Assembly: GCA_039656095.1 (NCBI GenBank)
Contig: JBDHMQ010000006.1
Span: 1 to 39,269 of the forward strand
Reading direction: 5' to 3'
Source: Gemmatimonadota bacterium
Lineage (GTDB): Bacteria; Gemmatimonadota; Gemmatimonadetes; Palauibacterales; Palauibacteraceae
Length of the DNA: 39,269 nt
The translations under genes were made by a program, and so were the position numbers. Shown here piece after piece: positions 26,141-35,204 of this stretch (position 1 is its first letter; each line of letters opens with the position of its first letter). The notes under the pieces were generated by a model, which searched no databases, was not told where the DNA came from, and saw only the letters and a program-made list of their open reading frames with translations.

Positions 26141-27318
26141 GCTTCGAGGGTGTGGATTTCTACGCGATGGACGACTTGCTGAGCGAAGAAGAACGCGCAG
26201 TCCGCGAAATGGTACGGGATTGGGTGGATGCCGAGGTGATGCCGATCATCAATGAGGCATACCTGGAGCGGACGTTTCCGCGCTCATTGATTCCAATGAT
26301 GGGCGAGCTCGGGTTCTTCGGTGCCAATCTGCCCGAGGAATACGGATGTGCGGGCCTCAACAACGTCGCGTACGGCCTCATCATGCAGGAACTGGAGCGC
26401 GGCGATTCCGGTCTGCGTTCGTTTGTGTCGGTTCAGGGAGCGCTCGTCATGTACCCGATCTTCGCGTTCGGGTCGGAAGAGCACCGGAAGACCTGGCTCC
26501 CCAGGTTGGCGACTGGCGAGTCAATCGGCTGCTTCGGTCTCACAGAGCCCGATTTCGGCTCCAACCCCGGCGGTATGCTCACACGGGCCGTGAAGGATGG
26601 GGACGAATGGGTACTGAACGGCGCAAAGATGTGGATCACAAATGGCTCTGCGTCCGACGTCGCGATCATCTGGGCGAAGACCGGCGACATCGACGACGTG
26701 AGTTCGATTCGTGGGTTTATCGTCGAGACAGATCGTGAAGGATTTTCAGCTAGTGACCAGAAGGGCAAATTGTCGCTGCTCGCTTCGGACACCAGTGAAC
26801 TGGTTCTTCAGGACGTGCGCGTGCCTGACGCCAATCTGCTGCCAGGAAGCGGCGGCCTGAAGAGTCCCTTGAAGTGCTTGACCCAGGCGAGATATGGGAT
26901 CGCATGGGGCGCGATCGGCGCCGCAATGGCCTGCTTCTGTGAGGCCAGGGACTATGCGAAGACCAGGATTCAGTTCGACGGGAAGCCGATCGGTGCAACC
27001 CAGATCCAGCAGGTTCGGCTGGCCGACATGCTGACCGAGATCACGAAGGCGCAGCTACTCACGCTTCATCTGGGCAGATTGAAAGACGCGGGTACGATGA
27101 CGCCGTTCCAGGTGTCGCTTGCGAAGCGCAATAACGTTGACATGGCGTGCGAGTGCGCTCGCGAGGCGCGCCGACTGCTCGGCGCGAATGGAATCTTGAT
27201 CGAGTATCAGTCGATGAGACACATGGCGAATCTCGAGTCTGTATATACATATGAGGGGACACACGACATTCACGGACTCATCCTCGGTCAGACGGTCACG
27301 GGACTCGCCGCCTACTGA
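26137..27318 (+). CDS. gcdH: Glutaryl-CoA dehydrogenase (acyl-CoA dehydrogenase family)
   Basis: It has GCFGLTEPDFGSNPGGM, WITNG, and the C-terminal YTYEGTHDIHGLILGQ block, which closely matches GCDH (TYEGTHDIHALILGR). Confidence 0.88.
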   Translation: MSFEGVDFYAMDDLLSEEERAVREMVRDWVDAEVMPIINEAYLERTFPRSLIPMMGELGFFGANLPEEYGCAGLNNVAYGLIMQELERGDSGLRSFVSVQGALVMYPIFAFGSEEHRKTWLPRLATGESIGCFGLTEPDFGSNPGGMLTRAVKDGDEWVLNGAKMWITNGSASDVAIIWAKTGDIDDVSSIRGFIVETDREGFSASDQKGKLSLLASDTSELVLQDVRVPDANLLPGSGGLKSPLKCLTQARYGIAWGAIGAAMACFCEARDYAKTRIQFDGKPIGATQIQQVRLADMLTEITKAQLLTLHLGRLKDAGTMTPFQVSLAKRNNVDMACECAREARRLLGANGILIEYQSMRHMANLESVYTYEGTHDIHGLILGQTVTGLAAY

Positions 27319-27350
27319 ATCAAAGCCAGTTCCTCATCAGGCTTCTACTA

Positions 27351-28268
27351 ATGCCGGCCACGAACGACAAATTGACGCTTGCTTTACGCTCCCGGTGCAA
27401 TGCCGATGGGGGGTTTGGTCCGTATTCAGACAGGTCCAGCACTACTGAGAGCACCGCATGGGCCGCGCTGGCGCTTGGCATGGAGGGCGAGTCCGAACCC
27501 GCAGAATCCGCCATCGACTGGCTGCTTCAACACCAGCTCCCATCGGGCGCCTGGCCGCACTCCGAAGCTGCGCCGGAGGCATCATGGATGACTTCACCTG
27601 CTCTCTTGTCCCTGTCGAAAGTCCCGGCGGCGCGTGATGCGGTCATTAGGGGCTCTCGTTGGCTGCTGAGCCAGAGGGGGCAGTCCTTTCCGTTCGTGAC
27701 GCGTCTGTACTATCGACTCTGGCCGGAGAAGGTACAGGTCCGCCTGGATGCGGATCTCAGGGCATGGGCGTGGACAGCGGGAGCATTCAGTTGGTGTGAA
27801 CCTACATCGATGGCGATGCTGTCCCTGCGCAGTGTGGAGCAGCAACTTCTCCCCCGCTCAATGCGATCTCGACACCTCGAAGGAGAGAGACTGCTTCTGG
27901 ACCGGATGTGCGAAGGTGGCGGGTGGAACTATGGCAACAGTTGGGTTCTTGGCGAAAATCTGTGGCCGTATCCGGACACTACGGCGCTGGCGCTGCTGGC
28001 CCTGTCTGCCAGGCGTGATGAGCCACGTGTCGCCGAGAGCCTCGATGCGCTCACCCGGATGTTGGACACGCATGAGTCCTCGTTGTCCCTGTCGCTAGGC
28101 GTGATCTGTCTGGAAGCGTTTGCTATAGACGCCATGTCTTATCGAGATCGGCTCGACGCGCTATGGAACGAGGAAGGATTCGACACGACCACGAGGGCGA
28201 TGGCGTTGTCTCTATTTGCGTTGCGCCAGGACGAAAATCCTTTCCGGCCGAGCCAGACGAATGACTGA
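27351..28268 (+). CDS. Prenyltransferase/squalene-oxidase repeat (alpha/alpha-toroid, terpene-cyclase-like) protein
   Basis: It has repeated GGFGPY / LPSGAWPH / GGWNYGN segments with W/A-rich spacers (TAWAALAL, TALALLAL). No signal peptide is evident. Confidence 0.65.
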   Translation: MPATNDKLTLALRSRCNADGGFGPYSDRSSTTESTAWAALALGMEGESEPAESAIDWLLQHQLPSGAWPHSEAAPEASWMTSPALLSLSKVPAARDAVIRGSRWLLSQRGQSFPFVTRLYYRLWPEKVQVRLDADLRAWAWTAGAFSWCEPTSMAMLSLRSVEQQLLPRSMRSRHLEGERLLLDRMCEGGGWNYGNSWVLGENLWPYPDTTALALLALSARRDEPRVAESLDALTRMLDTHESSLSLSLGVICLEAFAIDAMSYRDRLDALWNEEGFDTTTRAMALSLFALRQDENPFRPSQTND

Positions 28269-29280
28269 CCGCCGCGCATTTGTTCGTACCGTTGCGGGCG
28301 CGACAGCGGCGTCGATGCTTCCGGGGTGTAAACAACAGGAACCGGAGGGGCCATTATGGGAGGCATCTGCGGCTGTTCGATCGCCACGATCGTCAGTCGC
28401 AGTGCTGTCGGGTAGCTACGACGGTGAACTGGAAGACGTGATCCGGCGAGGCATCGAGTTGATGGGACTGGACGTTCGGGGTCTGCGTGTGGTCCTCAAA
28501 CCGAATTTCGTTGAGTTTGATCCTGACGGTGTGATCAACACGCACCCGGCGGTCGTTCACGGCACAATCGAGGCACTTAGAGGCCTTGGAGCGGGTGAGG
28601 TCGTCGTGGCCGAAGGGGCAGGGCACCGGCGCGACAACGAATACCTGCTTAGAGAAACCGGTATCGGGTACGCGCTACGCGACACTCGAACACAGTTTAT
28701 CGACCTGAACCACGATACCGTTCACCGCACCGTTCTAAAAGGAAGCTACACTCCTCTTGGGTCGCTTTACCTGCCAGCTACCATTCTCGGCGCTGACCTG
28801 TTGATCTCCCTGCCGAAGTTGAAGACACACCACTGGGCAGGAGTGACGCTGTCGATGAAGAATATGTTCGGAATCGTTCCGGGCTCCCACTATGGCTGGC
28901 CGAAAAACGTCCTGCATTGGGCGGGAATCAAAGAGAGCATACTCGACATCAACGCTACGCTGACACCATTGCGACGCTTTGCCATCGTAGATGCGATCGT
29001 AGGGATGGAAGGCAATGGCCCGATTCAGGGCGAGGCCCGAACCGTTGGAGCGTTGATCTTCGGTGCCGATCCTGTGGCGGTAGACGCCACGGGCTGCCGG
29101 TTGATGCATATTGATCCTTCAAGAATCGATTATGTTGCGGAGGCAGGACGCTTTCTTGGGAACCTTGAACTCGATCGGATCGATCAGCGAGGTGAAGCAA
29201 TTGACGACCTGGCCCAGGACTTTTCGGTCATCGGGAATTTTGCATCGGTCAAGCAGGCTGCTGAAGTGACGGGCAGTTGA
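28261..29280 (+). CDS. DUF362-domain protein with Tat signal and lipobox
   Basis: The ATG at 28261 gives MTDRRAFVRTVAGATAASMLPGC. The DUF362-like core reads VLKPNFVE...KLKTHHWAGVTLSMKNMFG...VDAIVGMEGNGP...DPVAVDA. It overlaps the upstream gene by 8 nt. Confidence 0.7.
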   Translation: MTDRRAFVRTVAGATAASMLPGCKQQEPEGPLWEASAAVRSPRSSVAVLSGSYDGELEDVIRRGIELMGLDVRGLRVVLKPNFVEFDPDGVINTHPAVVHGTIEALRGLGAGEVVVAEGAGHRRDNEYLLRETGIGYALRDTRTQFIDLNHDTVHRTVLKGSYTPLGSLYLPATILGADLLISLPKLKTHHWAGVTLSMKNMFGIVPGSHYGWPKNVLHWAGIKESILDINATLTPLRRFAIVDAIVGMEGNGPIQGEARTVGALIFGADPVAVDATGCRLMHIDPSRIDYVAEAGRFLGNLELDRIDQRGEAIDDLAQDFSVIGNFASVKQAAEVTGS

Positions 29281-29319
29281 GATCGGGTCCAGGAATCACC
29301 GGGAAACGGGAGGGTAACC

Positions 29320-29586
29320 ATGTCTGAAATGATCGCCGTGTTGATTTTCGTGTTTGCGACAGTGACGGTCATCGGGCTGTTCCTCGTGTCAATCCCGGTC
29401 ACACGGCGGCTCGGGAGAGTTCTGGAGGAATGGCTGATAATGCGCCAGGAAGGGGCTCCGGAAGATCTTCGCGGACCGCCTGGAATTCACAGAATCGCTC
29501 GTCGAATCACGCGGTACCGAATCGAGGGCACTCCCTCCCACCAGCTGAGGGCAGTGAAACAGGTCGCGAAGGTTGCTAGTAGCTAG
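29320..29586 (+). CDS. Small single-pass membrane protein, decayed paralog of the next gene (internal deletion plus frameshift)
   Basis: The N-terminal 47 aa align with the 29626 gene (GLFLVSIP(V/I)TRRLGRVLEEW). After 29460 the homologous coiled-coil segment (KIFADRLEFTESLVE) is readable only in the +1 frame, 29462-29548. Confidence 0.45.
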   Translation: MSEMIAVLIFVFATVTVIGLFLVSIPVTRRLGRVLEEWLIMRQEGAPEDLRGPPGIHRIARRITRYRIEGTPSHQLRAVKQVAKVASS

Positions 29587-29625
29587 GCGTAACGCATCGT
29601 AACAAAGAGCAACGGGAGGGTGTCC

Positions 29626-29985
29626 ATGCCAGTAGCAATCGCCGAACTGATTGCGGCAGTAGCAATAATAACGATCTGCGGCTTATTTCTCGTGTCGATT
29701 CCGATCACTCGCCGACTCGGCCGAGTTCTCGAAGAATGGGTGAAGATGCGCAGTGAAGGGGCTCCGCAGCGCGGAGCGATCAACGAACTTGTAGGCGAGG
29801 TCCGCTCGCTCAGCCGGCATGTAGAGGCGCTGGACGACCGTATGCAGATTCTTGCCGACCGGCAGGACTTTACAGAGTCGCTTGTCGAAGCGCTCCTACG
29901 AGCTGAGCCTGACAGCGCGACTATGTCCCGGAGACAGGGCTTCGTATACTGGCTCGTCCAGTTGCCTCATACCGGGAGTGAATGA
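29626..29985 (+). CDS. Small single-pass membrane protein with C-terminal coiled-coil-like segment
   Basis: MPVAIAELIAAVAIITICGLFLVSIPITRRLGRVLEEW is followed by INELVGEVRSLSRHVEALDDRMQILADRQDF. The RBS context aacgggagggt is duplicated from the upstream copy. Confidence 0.55.
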   Translation: MPVAIAELIAAVAIITICGLFLVSIPITRRLGRVLEEWVKMRSEGAPQRGAINELVGEVRSLSRHVEALDDRMQILADRQDFTESLVEALLRAEPDSATMSRRQGFVYWLVQLPHTGSE

Positions 29986-31055
29986 TGCGCCTATCGCTGT
30001 CCCGCAGGAACTTCTTCAATCAGAGCTTTGGACTCGCCGCCGGTGGGGTTCTCTTCCGCAGTCTGGGACTGTCAGTCCGGCGTCCCGGCCGAGGCTTCAC
30101 CACTCCGCTTATCGTGACAAGTCACCCGAACGAAACCGGGCGACGGGCCATGGAGGTGGGATGGGAGATTCTGGCTTCCGGTGGTCGTGCGATCGATGCA
30201 GTCGAGAAGGCCACGAATGTGATCGAAGTTGATCCAGAGGACATGTCTGTCGGTTTCGGTGGACTGCCCAATGAGGACGGAGTCGTGCAACTTGACGCCT
30301 CTATCATGGACGGCCGCACGTACAACGCCGGTTCGGTCGCATCGATTGAGAATATCAAAACACCGTCATCCGTGGCCCGCCTCGTCATGGACCGTACGGA
30401 CCATGTGATGCTCGTCGGACCTGGCGCATTGGAGTTCGCTCGGTCGTTCGGGTTTGAAGAAGAAAACCTGCTGACTGAGAAGGCGCGCCGGCGTTGGCTC
30501 GAATGGCGGGAAAACCGGGGCGACGACGACTGGGGTCCGCCCGATCACCTGCGGGGTCTTCCGGAGACAGAAGCGAACATGCCTCGTCCGTCGATCCACG
30601 AGCATGGCACAGTCAATGTGCTGGCCGTCGATTCCTTCGGTGACATCGCAGGGATTACGAGCACTAGCGGCTTGAGTTGGAAAATTCCCGGTCGGATCGG
30701 TGACTCGCCGATCATCGGTGCCGGTCTCTACGTGGACAACGACGTAGGAGCGGCAGGTGCTACTGGCCGCGGCGAAGACGTGATCAAATCGTGCGCCTCC
30801 TTCCACATCGTCATGCGGATGCGTGACGGCCGTTCTCCCCAGGAAGCATGCGAGGACACGCTCGAGATGATCAGACAGAAGTATGTCCATGTGAATCCCG
30901 ATTACATGCCGGGAGAGAAGTTCGTGGCCATCAACAAGGCCGGCGAAATCGGTGCCGCGTGGAGCTACTCGGGTGGCCGACCGACCATGTCCGTTCGATC
31001 AGAGGCCGGACCCGACACGTTCACCGGGGTGAATTTCGCGGGCGGGGACGGCTGA
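29982..31055 (+). CDS. Ntn-hydrolase asparaginase-2 family (glycosylasparaginase / isoaspartyl peptidase-like), Tat-exported
   Basis: It has the Tat motif SRRNFF, the autoproteolysis/nucleophile region HGTVNVLAVD, and the block TSTSGLSWKIPGRIGDSPIIGAGLYVDN...GATGRGEDVI. Confidence 0.85.
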   Translation: MMRLSLSRRNFFNQSFGLAAGGVLFRSLGLSVRRPGRGFTTPLIVTSHPNETGRRAMEVGWEILASGGRAIDAVEKATNVIEVDPEDMSVGFGGLPNEDGVVQLDASIMDGRTYNAGSVASIENIKTPSSVARLVMDRTDHVMLVGPGALEFARSFGFEEENLLTEKARRRWLEWRENRGDDDWGPPDHLRGLPETEANMPRPSIHEHGTVNVLAVDSFGDIAGITSTSGLSWKIPGRIGDSPIIGAGLYVDNDVGAAGATGRGEDVIKSCASFHIVMRMRDGRSPQEACEDTLEMIRQKYVHVNPDYMPGEKFVAINKAGEIGAAWSYSGGRPTMSVRSEAGPDTFTGVNFAGGDG

Positions 31056-31066
31056 CAGTGGACCCG

Positions 31067-31090
31067 AACCTGTTCGAATCCGAACAGGTT
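31067..31090 (+). other. Perfect 10-bp hairpin just after the asparaginase stop
   Basis: The hairpin is AACCTGTTCG-AATC-CGAACAGGTT. Confidence 0.6.
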
Positions 31091-31105
31091 GTACCGTAGA
31101 CGACC

Positions 31106-31139
31106 AACAAACCCACGGCCACCACCGTGGGTTTGTTTT
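31106..31139 (+). terminator. Rho-independent terminator
   Basis: AACAAACCCACGG-CCACCA-CCGTGGGTTTGTT is a perfect 13-bp stem running into a T-rich tail (TTTGTTTTAT). Confidence 0.85.
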
Positions 31140-31141
31140 AT

Positions 31142-31159
31142 GTAACTATATATCGTTAC
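31142..31159. promoter_or_regulatory. AT-rich palindrome GTAAC-N8-GTTAC upstream of the sigma-54 promoter (candidate activator or IHF-type site)
   Basis: In tGTAACtATATATcGTTACg, 16 of 20 positions are self-complementary. It lies 26-44 nt upstream of the -24 element in a locally AT-rich patch. Confidence 0.4.
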
Positions 31160-31184
31160 GAATGTTATCTCCTTCCGCATAGTT

Positions 31185-31200
31185 TGGCACAGGGGTTGCT
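31185..31200 (+). promoter_or_regulatory. Sigma-54 (RpoN) -24/-12 promoter
   Basis: TGGCAC-AGGGG-TTGCT exactly matches the consensus TGGCAC-N5-TTGC(A/T) with correct spacing. It is on the + strand, about 80 nt upstream of the ATG at 31279. Confidence 0.65.
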
Positions 31201-31278
31201 TTACTGGTACCCGACAGGCCGACCCGGGGGGTTGGCGACGAAATGGGATGGGGATGAACGGGGAAGGAAGGGACGACG

Positions 31279-31869
31279 ATGAGGAACGCAACCATTCGAA
31301 TGGGGGCCCTGGCGCTCGTCGCCACAGCGGCCGCACCAGCAGTAGCCAACGCACAAGATCGCGAAATGTATGAGCTTCCGGCCATTCAGGTCGAGGCAAT
31401 CCAAAATCCGCTGCACATCGCTGCAATGGAGCTATATGAGACTCCCGCCCGATGGGAAGAGGCGGCGGAATTGCATGAGACGGCGGCCAAGCAGCTGTCT
31501 AAGAATGATGCCGGACAATTCTTCGGATTCAATCGCGCGGCAGCTCTCTACCTGTACAGCGGCGAGACTGCACGCTCACGACGGGCAATGGAAAAGGCCG
31601 CTTCTGTGGCGGAAGCAACCGGGGACGTTGTGACGGCGGCTAACGCCTGGGTCGACGCGGCATTCATTGCCGTAGCCGAAGGTTTCGACGGCAAGCGGCG
31701 CGAATCTGTAGCCAACGCGCGCAGCCTCGCCGAAGCTGATGGCGTGTCAGACGCAGATCGCGAAGCAATCGTGGCTCGTATCGAAGGTACGCCGATCACT
31801 GCGGTAGCCGCCCGAGTCGCCATGATCGACCGGCTGGCGTCACCTGCGACGCTGATGCTGAGTGACTGA
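31279..31869 (+). CDS. Hypothetical secreted, helix-rich protein
   Basis: It has the signal peptide MRNATIRMGALALVATAAAPAVANAQD. The remainder is Ala/Glu-rich and helical, with no recognisable motif. Confidence 0.55.
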   Translation: MRNATIRMGALALVATAAAPAVANAQDREMYELPAIQVEAIQNPLHIAAMELYETPARWEEAAELHETAAKQLSKNDAGQFFGFNRAAALYLYSGETARSRRAMEKAASVAEATGDVVTAANAWVDAAFIAVAEGFDGKRRESVANARSLAEADGVSDADREAIVARIEGTPITAVAARVAMIDRLASPATLMLSD

Positions 31870-31912
31870 ACCAGTGAGTTGCTAATGAACCTGGATAGCC
31901 ACTCCGGGTCTT

Positions 31913-31960
31913 AACGACGAGGGCCCTGGCGGATTTCCGTCAGGGCCCTCGTTGTTGTTT
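31913..31960. terminator. Intrinsic terminator between convergent genes
   Basis: AACGACGAGGGCCCTG-(12 nt)-CAGGGCCCTCGTTGTT forms a 16-bp stem with one G-U pair, followed by TGTTT. It lies between the 31869 stop (+) and the thiC stop at 31989 (-). Confidence 0.8.
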
Positions 31961-31988
31961 GAGAGTCTTTAAACTGCGCGGCAACATC

Positions 31989-33420
<1,432 letters not shown>

Positions 33421-33453
33421 GCCGGCCTTCCCGGACCGGCGCGGTGTTGACGG

Positions 33454-33900
33454 CTACTCTGCTGGCGGACTCTGCCAGAGAATGTTCTTGATCATCCACT
33501 TTCCGTCGAGCTTGGCCAGGTGCATATAATCGATGCCCCAGTCAGCAACAAGCTTGGCGGATGCCGTCTTATCGAGGATATCGAGAATGATAACTTCTTT
33601 GACCGCCGTCGAGGCATCGACATGGCCGTTCGCATTCCAGTTGGCTGAAAGATCGCGCAACTGCTCGAACGTCATCGGAAATTCCCGGAACTCACCGCTT
33701 GTGTCGGGCCGCCAGTACCCACGTTTCACGAGATCGGTGGCGACGCTACGATCGATCCTGTCCGGCTCAACGTCGTAAATCGCTTCCACATAATCGAGAA
33801 TTGCTTCCCGAATAGCCTGCTCGTCGTTGGCGTCCTGTGCAGCCAACGATGCTGGAACCACAAGCGCAAGAAAGGCAATCCCAAATAGTGTGCGGTGCAT
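33454..33900 (-). CDS. Secreted NTF2-fold (SnoaL/lumazine-binding-like) protein
   Basis: The ATG at 33900 follows a GGAGGG RBS and gives the signal peptide MHRTLFGIAFLALVVPASLAAQD. The pattern AILDYVEAIY...W and the C-terminal DGKWMIKNILWQ resemble NTF2-like small proteins. Confidence 0.55.
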   Translation of the reverse strand: MHRTLFGIAFLALVVPASLAAQDANDEQAIREAILDYVEAIYDVEPDRIDRSVATDLVKRGYWRPDTSGEFREFPMTFEQLRDLSANWNANGHVDASTAVKEVIILDILDKTASAKLVADWGIDYMHLAKLDGKWMIKNILWQSPPAE

Positions 33901-33943
33901 GTTTCCCTCCACCCTCTGATTCCCCTGCCCGGTGCAAGTCAGA

Positions 33944-34456
33944 CTACTCCGATATCTGCTCGCGCGTCAGCCGCCCAATAAACGGCAATGCCCTGTACTT
34001 GTCGTCGTAATCGAGCCCATATCCGACTACCCATTCATCCGGAATGTCGAACCCGAGGTAGTCTACCTTCACTTCGATGTCCGGATGCGGTTTGCGTACG
34101 AGCACGCACGTGCGAAGTGATGCTGGTCCGCGAGCTTCAAATAGACGCATGAGGTAGGCAAGTGTCTGACCTGAATCGAGTATATCCTCGACGATCAGCA
34201 CATGCCGGCCCGTAAGCGATACCCGCGCATCCATGATGAGGCGAACCCCACCCGCCGACGACGTCTTCTCATAGCTCGAAAGAGCGATAAAGTCGATGCG
34301 GCGTGGAATCGTGAGAGCCCGGGACAGGTCGGCCGAAAAAATGTACCCTCCGCGGAGGACACACAGAATCAGAATTTCCTCGGCGTCTGCATAATCCTTG
34401 TCGATTTCGGCCGCAATTTCTGCTACGCGAGCAGCGATCCGTTCGGCCGAGATCAA
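33944..34456 (-). CDS. hpt: Hypoxanthine phosphoribosyltransferase
   Basis: It has the PRPP-binding motif HVLIVEDILDSGQTL, plus LCVLRGG, DF and GYGLDY. It uses a TTG start. Confidence 0.9.
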   Translation of the reverse strand: MISAERIAARVAEIAAEIDKDYADAEEILILCVLRGGYIFSADLSRALTIPRRIDFIALSSYEKTSSAGGVRLIMDARVSLTGRHVLIVEDILDSGQTLAYLMRLFEARGPASLRTCVLVRKPHPDIEVKVDYLGFDIPDEWVVGYGLDYDDKYRALPFIGRLTREQISE

Positions 34457-34470
34457 AGTCTCCGGGTTGT

Positions 34471-35103
34471 TCAGAGTCCTACTCCCAGTCCAACGTTGAC
34501 CAAGAACTCATTCTGGAGTCTGGAATCGTCGAGCCCTGCCGATTCGAATGACGACACCAGATCTCGAATGTCGAGTCGCAAATGCACATGCTCATTCAGC
34601 TTAATGTGGCTACCTGCCGTAATAATCAGTGTGACATCATCAGAATCTTCGAACCCGGAACCGTCCGGAAAACTCAAACTCCGGATGCCGGCGCCTACGC
34701 CGAAATATGGAAGAAGAACCGCTGCCGCCCCGGTAAGCTGGGGCCGGTAGAGGATCGTTGCCTCGGCGTGTAAGTAGTCCACCGATCCCATGTTCGTCGT
34801 AACCGGGAATCCGCTGGAGGGATCGACAGCCGATACTGTCAACTCAGGCTTGCCGAGTCCGCCCATTACTTGAACACCCCAGTTCCTGCTGAGCCTGTAA
34901 TCGAGACTCGCTCCAAATACCGGCTTGGTCGATATCTCGGCCTTGATCGTGTCTCCCTGATTCGCAAGCTGTGAAAGCGGCAGTGCGGCGCCGATATAGC
35001 CAGTCAACTCGAGACCCGAGCCTGATTCCTGTCCCTGTGCCTGCGCGAGCGGCAGGGCCAACAGCATTCCCGCCCCGACTATCGCACCCCATCGCCTGCC
35101 CAT
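34471..35103 (-). CDS. Outer-membrane beta-barrel protein (OmpA-N/OmpW-like small barrel)
   Basis: It has the signal peptide MGRRWGAIVGAGMLLALPLAQAQ and an alternating hydrophobic beta-strand pattern ending in NVGLGVGL. Confidence 0.6.
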   Translation of the reverse strand: MGRRWGAIVGAGMLLALPLAQAQGQESGSGLELTGYIGAALPLSQLANQGDTIKAEISTKPVFGASLDYRLSRNWGVQVMGGLGKPELTVSAVDPSSGFPVTTNMGSVDYLHAEATILYRPQLTGAAAVLLPYFGVGAGIRSLSFPDGSGFEDSDDVTLIITAGSHIKLNEHVHLRLDIRDLVSSFESAGLDDSRLQNEFLVNVGLGVGL

Positions 35104-35204
35104 AATCCCTTGATTGCGCACGGTTTTATCCTCTTGTCTTGAAGCCAGTTGAATGGTTGTCCGGCATTGCTGTCACCCCGAACGAGACTTCGTGGGACGG
35201 AGTT

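Noticed and set aside
31066-31092. The GTTCGAATCC string resembles a tRNA T-arm/T-loop.
   Set aside because: The flanks do not form a 5-bp T-stem around a 7-nt loop, and no acceptor, D or anticodon arms are present. The sequence instead forms a simple perfect 10-bp hairpin with a 4-nt loop downstream of the asparaginase gene.
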